DNA of 63,857 nucleotides, the filler included, from Atractiella rhizophila (lineage: Eukaryota): NCBI GenBank assembly GCA_021432655.1. It is 6 parts of 6 records of this genome, joined end to end, with 100 filler letters (N's around TTAATTAATTAA, not from the genome) between each part and the next. Parts side by side here need not be neighbours in the genome. Positions count along the whole stretch, not along the records: positions 23,366 to 54,062 come from MU271572.1; positions 54,163 to 58,063 come from MU271579.1; positions 58,164 to 59,877 come from MU271581.1; positions 59,978 to 62,492 come from MU271586.1; positions 62,593 to 63,857 come from MU271636.1; 1 more part is not named here. One strand, given 5' to 3'. Below are positions 51,842 through 63,857 of the stretch, one piece after another; position 1 is the stretch's first letter; each line of letters opens with the position of its first letter. Under the pieces are notes generated by a model that was given only the letters and a program-made list of their open reading frames with translations, was not told where the DNA came from and searched no databases. The position numbers and the translations under genes are program-made.

Positions 51842-54062
51842 ATGGTTTTCAAGGTCGAAGACGCTTATGAGGATGTCCAACCTGGACAATTGGTGCAGTA
51901 CGAGGAGAAAGATAGAAACTCGCCCTCTTGGAGGGTGACTTGGAATGAAGCCAAGGTGAGCATTCGCCTTGATTGCCGTGCTTTTATACTGATGGGGTTT
52001 TGGGCTTGGCAATAGCTCCTCCTCATTGCTTCGACAGGCACGTTCCCTACCAGAACCCCCTTTCCCTCCTTGCCAAGAGGCCCAGCGGCTGAATTTCAAA
52101 ACAGGTTTCTTTATCGATGCTTACGATCTGTTCTCCATCAATCTGTGGGTTGTACCTTCAAAGATGTTGATGCACACTAAACTTCACTGGATAAAGTGTC
52201 ATTCCCATCCTCAATTACAGATACAACCACAAGCTCTCCGGTACTATCCCTAACATTGTTCTCGACGGAGGAGGTGCGTCCCTGTGTTTAGCAAGTCCTT
52301 CAATTCTGATTCACGACATGTAGTGCTTAAGGCTGCTGCAAATGTTTGTCCTTTTTCCTCCCGCTTGAGGAAACTTTCCCTAAACCGGCACCTAGTTGGG
52401 ATGTGTCCCCGGACAAATCGGTTTTGGTCTTCTGGGAGATGTTTTCGGGCGTAAATTTGTCTACGGGAAGGAACTTATCATCCTCATGATCGGTACCATT
52501 TTGGTGGTGGCAACACCTAACTTCAGCTCCGCCACCTCTGTCTTCACCTGGATCACGATATGGCGTGTTGTGATGGGTATTGGAATTGGAGGAGATTATC
52601 CGATGTCTGCTGCCGTCGTTTCTGACCGTGCCAACCTTCGCAGGAGAGGTGTCATGCTTAGGTGCGCTTCACTTCTTGATCCCTATGCTAAGAACCATCT
52701 AATCGAAAGAAACGCCTAGTTTCATCTTCTCCATGCAGGGGTGGGGTAACTTTGCCGCTGGAATTGTTTCTATTGTCGTTCTCGCCATTTTCAAGCCCGC
52801 GATTCAGGGTCGAGGAGAATATGGCCAATTCAATGCCGTGTGGAGGATCATCGTCGGTCTTGTCCTTGTGCCATGTCTCGGTACGCTCTACCAGAGGTTG
52901 ACGCTTGCGGAATCCGCCAAGTGGAAGAACGCTCAGGTGGGTAAAGCGTTCGCGGAGAGGGATAGCGGACTGATGTCAAACTCAGGCTCTCAGGGAGGAT
53001 CCTTCTTTGTTGAAGAGGCGGGAGGAAGAAAAAATTATCGCTCCTAAGACCAACGATACTGAGACTGGACTCGGAACTAAAGGTGCTGTCGCTGCGAAGA
53101 GCGAGGCATGGAAGGAGTTCGTACGCCTTCCATTTCCTCTCTTTCGATCTGACGACTCAAATGTATACGCGATAGATTGTCTACTTCTCGGAATGGAGGC
53201 ACTTGAAGACACTCATTGGAACAACCGCTACTTGGTTTCTCGTTGACATTACCTTTTATGGTATCAACCTCAAGTTCGTTTCTTATCTGCAATACGGGAT
53301 TCCCACTGAATTTGTCCCCTGTAGTCAATCCATTGTCATCACCGCTATCGGTCTCAACAAGTCCAAGGAGCCATGGCAATTCCTGTACGATAACACCAAG
53401 GCTAACTTGATCGTACGTCTCCTTGTATCACTTCGTTCGCTCTAACAAGAGTGCGACAGATCACCGCAGCTGGTTTCCTCCCTGGATACTACGCCACGAT
53501 GTTGCTCATCGAGAAGCTCGGAAGGAAGAACATCCAGTTTTTCGGTTTCCTCCTTGAGGCGCTTTTCCTCGGAATCGTCGCTGGAGACTTCCACGCCCTC
53601 AAATCCAAGCCTGCCGCCTTCGTCGTCTGCTTCGCATTCCTCCAATTCTTCTTCAACTTCGGTATGATCTACTTGCTCATTGTTATCCGCTAGTTCTGAC
53701 AATCGGAAACAGGTGCTAATGCCACCACCTTCATCATTCCTGCCGAAGTTTACCCTACCCGTGTCCGTGGTTTCGCACACGGATTGAGCGCTGGATGTGG
53801 TAAGCTCGGAGCGGTCCTTTCGTCTTTGGGATTCGCGACCTGGGCCGCTAAGATCGGAACTGACAAGGTTCTTTGGGTAAGTTTATTATTCCTCAACCTC
53901 TCGGCCCAAGGGCTGATCATGCATAGATCTTCTTCGGAATCTCCATCCTCGGTGCCATTGCCACTTTGATCCTCCCTGAGACTACTGGCAGGGATGCAGA
54001 CATGATTGATCTTCAAGAGAGGCAGGAAGCTGCTGGATACCTTAACTACGGACCCGCTGCTG
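51842..54062 (+). CDS. PHO84: MFS phosphate:H+ symporter (PHO84-like); last codons run into gap
   Basis: [99 protein letters not shown]. Confidence 0.9.
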
Positions 54063-54162
54063 NNNNNNNNNNNNNNNNNNNNNNNNNNNNNNNNNNNNNN
54101 NNNNNNTTAATTAATTAANNNNNNNNNNNNNNNNNNNNNNNNNNNNNNNNNNNNNNNNNNNN
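54063..54162. other. Artificial contig spacer 44N-TTAATTAATTAA-44N
   Basis: 12-mer at 54107-54118 within Ns. Confidence 0.95.
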
Positions 54163-55758
54163 TCACCGTCGCTTCCGACGAAGAGGTCAAGCGGAGCGAC
54201 ATCTGCCATCGGATCACGACGCAAGGTCAATCAACTCACTCACACCCAGAATAAAAATAAAGGAGAGGAGGAGGAGGCATACCGTAGACCTGTCCGCTGA
54301 ACTCGAATCCAAACTTCATCGTCGCCAAATCCGCACAAGTAACGACCAGAACATACGCCCCGGACCCAATGCCAGCAGACTGAATCTGAGCTCCGATTCC
54401 ATCTGCATAAGCCTGGATGACGGAAGGGGGTAGGGAGATGATGGATGATCCGGAGTCGATGAGAGCCTTGTGAGCTGTTCCAGAGATCGTTTTTCCCTTA
54501 TATGTGAGACCGGCACAGTCTACCGCCCAATAATAGTCGCTCGTGACGGTGGCGAAGTTGAATGAGCCGGTGTAGTGTTGGCTATTCCTGCATCCGATAC
54601 AGAGCTCTCCACCGGTCGGGTCGGTGTCATCGCTCGTTGCGTTCTCGTCCACATTCAAGATCCGGTTCTGGAGGGTATAGTCCCGCTCGAGGAAGATACC
54701 GTAGTAGTTGTTGTCCAAGGTACCGCCGTTACCTGCGATCAGGTTCTCCATGAAGGTCGTCTGTTGGTTGTTCGCTAGACGGGTGAATCCTAGACCGATC
54801 AGACCGTCTTCGATTTGGGCCTCCAGACGCGTGGTCGTGAAGGAGGCGATGGAGAAACCGCTGGAGGGGATGGAGAAGCCGCCGATGGAGAGGGTATCTT
54901 GGGCGACGAAACCGGACGTTGTATCGCCTTCACGATATCAAACATTACATGATAGTCGAAAGAGATGGAGAAGAATAAGAAACACACCATCGCCATAAGT
55001 TACAGACCTGGAGGAAGAGGTAAGCAAAATAACAAGGAAGACGAAGTGAAGAGAACAAACCAAGGAACTGTTGATCCTCGATAGGTCGAAGAAGCAGACG
55101 TTTGGAATCGAGGGTGGGCGGTTGTCTATGCCCAGCCGCTTGATCCCTCCTCCAAGTCCACAGGACGGAGAAAATACGCACGTTGGCATCCGGTCCATCT
55201 GTTCAGTACAAATTATCAGGATGAGCGGTCAACGTCTCCTTCGAGAATACGAGGGATGGCACTCACAGACCCACAGATCTGCAGATCCAGCTGCATGGCA
55301 GGCTCTAGTCAGCGGAATCGAAGAAGCAGGATGGGACGGAGCGCATACTGTCGAACTGCCAGCCAGTTCAGCTCTGGACTTCGGATTTCGAAAGAGAGAA
55401 TAGTAGAGACAAACCTGAAGAAGGAAGCTCTGCCCAGGAGTTCCTAGCTCTATGGTGCCGAGGTAGATTCCATCGAGCGGCGCACCTGTTGCGTGCAGCG
55501 TGATATTCAGCATGTGTTGCCGTTGCGAAGCAGGATAGCAAATTCAAGGGCATTTTCAATGATTTGGTGGAACCTTTGGCACTCACCGTTAGAGAAGGCC
55601 TCGTTTCCGTCAGCCCTCTTCCAGAGACTTTTGCCCTCTTCCCTCGCCCTGATCCTGTTCTGATTCTCTTCCGAGTTCTTGACCCTGCGCGTCAACGAGA
55701 CGGTGTTGAGCGCTGACACTGCGTTGGACGCTGCAAGTACATATAGTATATTGTTCAT
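54163..55758 (-). CDS. Secreted pepsin-like aspartic protease (family A1), 3' end lost in gap
   Basis: Signal peptide, KR propeptide site, YLGTIELGTPGQ, FD|TGSADLW (split by an intron), TYGDG, DGLIGLGF, GGELCIG, ALIDSGSS. Confidence 0.9.
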
Positions 55759-56129
55759 GACAGGATGGTGGTTGTTGTGAAAAGGAAGGAAAGGAGCGAA
55801 GGAACGTGGCGGAGGGACTTGGTTTTTGTGCTCGAGTGAGGAGGCTTGGCGAAATTCGATACCGCAGACCCACATCTTGCCTCTTCAAGAAGTAGCCGAC
55901 CTGCCGTGTCGGCATTTCAAATGTGAAATGGCAATTTCCCGCGGTTCTACCGGATATGCCATGACACATGCACTAACATCAAAACATCAACAACCGATCT
56001 CCAAACTTCTTCGGGCCTCCAATCGACCACAGCTCCACCTTCTTTCGCGTCGGAAGCTCACATCAGCGCGCATCAGCATAGGGGCTCATAAGCTCCCCTT
56101 CTGTCCCTCACAAAGTAAAAGGTCGACAA

Positions 56130-58063
56130 ATGACCACTTCCACGCTGACGGCCACCGCATCTCCAGCTTCTTCAAGCCTGTCGCTCCGTCCCAGGCACAA
56201 CTCCATACTCTCCTGGCACTATTCCCAGCTCGACTATGGTGTACACCTCCCTCCTTCGATAGGAGGGACAGCGGACGAGCTGTTTGTACTCAGAGTATAC
56301 ATCGATCTCCCGGATGCGGGATTTGAAGAGGCGAAGGTAGTGATATGGACGTTGGACGATTTGGAGCACAAGGACCTCGTTTGTCTTCTTCTTCTTTTAC
56401 CTATTGCTTCGAATGAGAGCACTAAGACGCAATTGGTGTAGGCAATCGAACAAGTCCACGGCTGGCCTGCGGACTTTGAGTCCTCATCAAAATATAATCC
56501 TTCTCCCACGTCGACATCGACAACGCCATCTTCTAGCACATCCACACTCAATCCGCATAGTCTCCTCGCCATCCATCTCACGATATACTTCCCTCCCGCG
56601 AAAGTCTACGACTCCGACTCCGTCCCTGAAGAGGTGTACATCTCCCATCGTCCGCCGACACCAGGACGACATCGTCAGCTTTACTCTGACATTCACACTC
56701 TTTCTGGCGAAAACAATGGAAGCAAGGTGATCACTGTAGGATATTTCAAGAGGTTGAATTGGCCGTCGTCGAAGCGGAAAGAACGAGGGGTAGCCTCTTC
56801 TTCCGCTCTTACGACCCACACCATCCGATTAGAACGTTTACGTCCCTCTCTCCCTCTCTCCTCCTACTTCTCCCCCTCCCCCCTCTCATCCCACCGAAAA
56901 CGTCCCTATTCCCTTCTTCCATCCTCCTCCCAATTCCACCACTCCACATCAGTCTTCGCCGACAAATGCACACGCGAACTAAACTACGACGTCCTCACCC
57001 TCATCCTCACCCACCTACTCGGTCCAGCAGAATACCCCCACCTAATCTTCGTCGGCCACCGCTCCTCCCTCCTCTCCTGTTCTCGGGTCTCCAAACTCTG
57101 GCGATCCGCCTCCCTCTCCCTCCTCTTCTCCACCCAATTCGGTCGACGGAGCGACACCTCCCGTCTCCCATCCGGCGTCGGCCTGTACAAGCTTTTGAAA
57201 AGGGATCGCTCCGGATTGGGAGTAGGCGGAGGTGCTGAGTCAGGGTTGGGAATGGGTTTTGGAGTGAGACTGAGCGCTTTCAGCATGTTTAAGACGAGGG
57301 ATTTGCCGAGTTTGGCGCTGTCGATGTGGAGGAGGGAGGAGGAGAATGCGAGGGGGGAGAAGGCGTTGGATAAGATCCTTTGTGGGATTTTGAGGGAGGC
57401 AAAGGACGGTTTGAGGTATTGGCATTCTTGTGCGCCGTCGGAGGGCGGATGGAAAACGTTTAGGAGGAGGATGATCGATTGTAAAGGGTTGGTTTCGGTG
57501 TGCATTGAGAGGAGGGGAAGCGGGAAGAATATGGTCTTGCCTGAGGCGGCGGAGGTGGTGGAGTTGGTGGAAGGGTTGGGGGAGTGCAGACACTTTGCAT
57601 GGACGGCTGGATTCTCGTCTTCATCTTCGTCGTCCTTTGAGGAGATGAATGATGTTGAGAAGGTGGGAGAAAGGAAAGCAGGGAAGCTAGAACAACTCAT
57701 CCTTCTACATCAAAATTTCCCTTGCATACCCCTCCCTCTCGATCTCCGAACACAAACCCAGCTAACCGACCTTCGACTGTCCTGGTTCTCCCTCCCTCTC
57801 CTTTCCCTCTCCCACTTACACAACCTCCTCTTCCTCCAACTACACGACTGTCTCCTCCTCCCTCCTCCTCCAACCTCCGTAGGATCATCCAGGATCCCTA
57901 CAGGCAGTTCGGAACCTCAAAAAGTGGCACACCTCCTCCGTTCCCTCCCAAACTTGACCTCCCTCTCCCTCCGTGGCCCAACCGCAGACTCCTCCCTACT
58001 CCTCTACCCCCACCCATCCCTCCAAAAAGTACAACTAGAATGGTCAGACTCGGTCCATCCAAA
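56130..58063 (+). CDS. Hypothetical protein with F-box-like segment and Leu-rich repeats, 3' end lost in gap
   Basis: Exon 1 splices in frame to the long ORF. It contains ELNYDVLTLILTHL...LLSCSRVSKLWR (F-box-like) and LxxLxL repeats (LPNLTSLSL, SLQKVQL). Confidence 0.6.
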
Positions 58064-58163
58064 NNNNNNNNNNNNNNNNNNNNNNNNNNNNNNNNNNNNN
58101 NNNNNNNTTAATTAATTAANNNNNNNNNNNNNNNNNNNNNNNNNNNNNNNNNNNNNNNNNNNN
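58064..58163. other. Artificial contig spacer 44N-TTAATTAATTAA-44N
   Basis: 12-mer at 58108-58119. Confidence 0.95.
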
Positions 58164-59865
58164 CATTTTGACGCACCACCAGTGGTTCCGTCAGGTCAGG
58201 AGGGACTCCCCGCTTCTTCGTATATATTCGATTGAGTGCTTCACCCCGTCCCATCATCATTGGCTTCCTTCCGCTTCAGAAGGCGAAGGCAGACGAACCT
58301 AGGTACTCCCATATCCTGTGAGGCTGTCAGCAGATAAACACCAATGAACAAAGACACGCACCGTTCGGTAAGGCCGTCTAGGTTTAGGTCCATCTCGCAA
58401 GAGATGACGATGGAGTTCGGCATGCGAGCATATTTATCCACCATTTCAAGCGAAATGGAGTCTATCTGTAATACCCTATATAAATACAATAACAAAGAAG
58501 GATCAGAGCTTTTCGTACCTTGTTATAGCAATACAGACACCGGATATATTTCCGGTTCCCCAACAACACATCCACAAAATCATCGACCGTCACCTACATC
58601 ACCAATTTCGAGGTCACACTCCCATGCATTAGTTGGAGCAATGAGATCGCACATCCTGCCGTATCATAACATCGCAGTTGTGCATCTTGTAACCCTGCAG
58701 GATCTGCCTTATCATCCTCTCATTTAGATGCGTCAACGGCACGGTGTTATTGATCGTGATTCCTCCCGCTGCCTTCACATCCCAATCATCCGTGGCGACA
58801 TCAATTTTATCCGTTTGTGTTTATGCGAGAAGGAGAGGACGGACTTTCTGTTTGAATACAACTGAGACATTCGTCAACTTTGGAATGGAACGAAGGTAGT
58901 AGCGAAACGGAAGGAGTACTCACTGTCTGGTTTCGCTGCGTTTAGGCGTATCCCCACTTCTTCAAGTTCGAACTCAAGTTTCTTTCGTTGCTCATCGCCT
59001 CTTCATGACAAATGACAAGGATGCCATACCAAATTTCGAGTCAGCCAACTTGATATTTGAAGGAGGTGAGGGATGGGGAGGTGGTGGAAAGCTTGCGTAC
59101 TTCGTAACGTCCAGCATCATCAATATCAGATCCGCTGTTTTCGCGACTGCCACAACCTGCCGTCCACGACCACGTCCGGAGGCTGCTCCCTCTATGATTC
59201 CGGGGAGATCGAGGACTGTGGTGGAGCCCATTGGCTGAGTAATAAAGGTAGCAGGGAGGGAAGAGAACTGACGTTGTACACGCGCGCCAGAAATCTCCAT
59301 TACACCTGCGATTAATAAATGAAATGTCCACGTCAGAAAGTTAAGGGAGAGATGTGGAACGGAAGGAAACATGCCTGGTATTGCGGTTAGAGTGGTGTAT
59401 TCGTACGCTGCGACAGTGGAGGTAGTCTTGGTCATTTTCGACAACAATGTGGATTTTCCAACAGACGGAAATCCCTATCTCAGCATGGGTTCTCGTCAAT
59501 AATTTACACGAGAGATAAATGAAGAAGACGACGCACAATGAGTGCGACTCGCGCATCACCGGATTTCATCACATCAAATCCCTAGCATCAATCCATCACG
59601 AATCGGTACTAGTGGACATCTCTTAATCCATATGAAGACACACCTCCCCCGGCTTCGAGCTTTTGTTCGATGGCTCTAACAACTGCATGCGATATTTTGC
59701 TAGTTTAGCCTTCAGCAGACCCAGATGGTACTCAGTCGCTTTGTTCTTTTGGGTGCGTGCCATTTCATCTGTTATGCCACACGTAGTGAGTATCAACCTA
59801 AGATCAGAGCCATGATGAAGGAGGAGAGGACCTTCGATAGCTTTTATTTTTTCGAGGATGCCCAT
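58164..59865 (-). CDS. RBG2: Developmentally regulated GTP-binding protein 2 (OBG/DRG family), 3' end lost in gap
   Basis: [91 protein letters not shown]. Confidence 0.92.
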
Positions 59866-59877
59866 CTGCTATAATGT

Positions 59878-59977
59878 NNNNNNNNNNNNNNNNNNNNNNN
59901 NNNNNNNNNNNNNNNNNNNNNTTAATTAATTAANNNNNNNNNNNNNNNNNNNNNNNNNNNNNNNNNNNNNNNNNNNN
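59878..59977. other. Artificial contig spacer 44N-TTAATTAATTAA-44N
   Basis: 12-mer at 59922-59933. Confidence 0.95.
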
Positions 59978-60456
59978 GTTCGAGTTTTGACTTGCGATCA
60001 TCAGAACCTGTGCGTGGTTACCGGCGACGGAAGGATCTTTGCCGTTTCCTTTGTCGGGAGCCGACACCTTGACGATTAACCAGCCCATCAGTATCTCAGT
60101 AACGGATTCGTTTCGTATTTCGTGCGCATACTTGTCTCAGCAGTCACTTTCGCTCGTTCTCCCATCAAAAAAGATCATAACTGGATCGTACCGGTCATTT
60201 GCATACCATCCGTCTCAATTTACCTATCCTTCCGTGACTTATGGACCAAAAGCATTCTTTAATGTGTTCTCTAGATCTCTTTTCTCTGTATGGATTAGTG
60301 CAAAGTACTTTCTTGATCATTCGCTTTATCGTAGAGATCTCAATAGAATTGTGCCAAAAACGAAGGACTAAGATGATACAGAACTTCATCATGTGTTAGA
60401 GTGCTACAGATTGCAGGGATGCACCCAAGCCCAAACAAATGTCCGCGGAATCATGC

Positions 60457-62464
<2,008 letters not shown>

Positions 62465-62492
62465 GATTAAAGATTGCTGTAAAGAGGAGGAT

Positions 62493-62592
62493 NNNNNNNN
62501 NNNNNNNNNNNNNNNNNNNNNNNNNNNNNNNNNNNNTTAATTAATTAANNNNNNNNNNNNNNNNNNNNNNNNNNNNNNNNNNNNNNNNNNNN
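62493..62592. other. Artificial contig spacer 44N-TTAATTAATTAA-44N
   Basis: 12-mer at 62537-62548. Confidence 0.95.
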
Positions 62593-63841
62593 CTTGTTGT
62601 TCGCGCACAGACTGTATGAATCCGCCAGAGATTGTTGGTGCCTTAGAGCTACGAGCGCTTTGGTATTCGCTCTCTTCATCAACATGAGAAAGAACATCCT
62701 TCATCTCTTCTTCGGTCAATGGAATAGCGTCTTCCACATCTATGTCCAATGGCTCCTCCACATCGAGAAATTCAGGCGTATCGTCCATCCGGAGCGGCTC
62801 CTCAGCATCTACGAATTCTCCTGTGCCCTCCATTTGCTCAACTTCCGCAATCTGATCACCGCTATCGTCTTCCACATCCTCTCCTCTCTCCTCTAGCGAT
62901 GGTTCTTCAGTGACAACGCCCAACACCTCTTCGATTGAAACAGTCCTGTTCACTTTGATGGGAGGAGAACCAGGAGGGGTAGTCGTCGAAAGGAGTTTCT
63001 GGGTGAAGGCACGTGATGGCGAGGCAGGGCGACTGTTGGAAGGTGTTGACCCGAACCGATCGAACGAAGGAATGATTGGAGACCCAGGACGACTGCCGAA
63101 AGGGTTGCTGAAGATGACATCTCTCTTCTCCGCTTCAAAAGCCTTAACTAGATCCTTAACTGAGGAGCTGCGACCAGGAGGAGCAGGACGGGCCATTGGA
63201 GGAGGAACATTTACAGCGATATTCGTGTGCATCTCCATAACTTCTGTCACCACCTTTTCCACCAGCCGGGGAGATTTCACCATTTCTTCTGCTTCGATCG
63301 CCATATCAGGATCGATGTCTCCATCCGCATCCAAGTCTTCCTCCATAGCTTCCGCCTGAGAAATATCGTCCTCCAGGTTGACTTGCTTCTCCTCGAAAAA
63401 CTGTTGTGCTATTGTCTCAGATTTTATCTCAGTCTCCACCTTCTTCTCTTCCACAGCCTCATTCTCTATCATTTCCACTTCCTTAATCGCCGGCTTTTCC
63501 GTGTCCTTCGGTTTCTTGACTAAGTGGAGAATCTGGCTCGCCTGACTGCTGTTGGAAGAGGGCAACTGAGAGGGTCTCGCATTTCCCTTCAAAGCCAGAA
63601 TGGTGTCCAAGAGACCTGCGTATTTGACGGACTCCCTTTTTCCACCCTCTCCCTTCAAAGCTTTCGCCCCAACCCCAAGCCCGAGACCAGCTCTCAAATC
63701 ACTGACCGAAGACTTTCTCTTCAGCTCACGTACTGGTTGTGCCTGAGAAGGAGGTTGGGAAGACGCGTCGTAGTAAACTGTTGACTGAGTAGGAATGGGT
63801 TGAGAATTCGAAATCGGAATAGATTGTTGGGATGAGGGCAC
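62593..63841 (-). CDS. Partial large acidic Ser/Pro-rich, probably disordered protein (ends not seen)
   Basis: More than 400 uninterrupted codons running into the spacer. It may extend beyond the window. Confidence 0.7.
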
Positions 63842-63857
63842 TATTGGCGAAGGCTGA

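Overview
Intron-dense fungal genomic DNA, most likely a basidiomycete (short ~45-70 nt GT-AG introns). It is a draft scaffold with a 25-N gap, a 630-N gap and five artificial 100-nt spacers (44N-TTAATTAATTAA-44N). The most striking observation is that 1048-4360 has no meaningful ORF in the six-frame track because it is written in mirror image (reversed but not complemented). Read backwards base by base, it gives an intact, correctly spliced DIP5-like amino acid permease gene. That gene runs straight into its last two exons at 4374-4544 on the normal + strand. Together with the indel-rich duplicate at 1-1022 and the 25-N gap, this is most plausibly a gap-filling/assembly artefact that hides a real gene, not new chemistry. 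The rest is mostly housekeeping genes: DOMON/cytochrome b561 protein, UBLCP1-like phosphatase, MARVEL protein, BUR6, URA2 (truncated by a gap), AIF-like Rieske/FAD oxidoreductase, PHB1, ILV2, a TPT-family transporter, a cytochrome P450, a DUF2415/WD40 protein, HEM3, a PHO84-like transporter, an aspartic protease, an F-box/LRR-like protein, RBG2, a membrane-anchored GH9 and several hypotheticals. Smaller biological leads are a GH9 with DAGN instead of DAGD, a TPT gene whose first exon needs a +1 shift at a stop codon, three unusually long first introns, and two convergent orphan genes sharing a C-terminal motif. I found no convincing novel multi-gene system. All family calls come from motif recognition by eye, with no database search.
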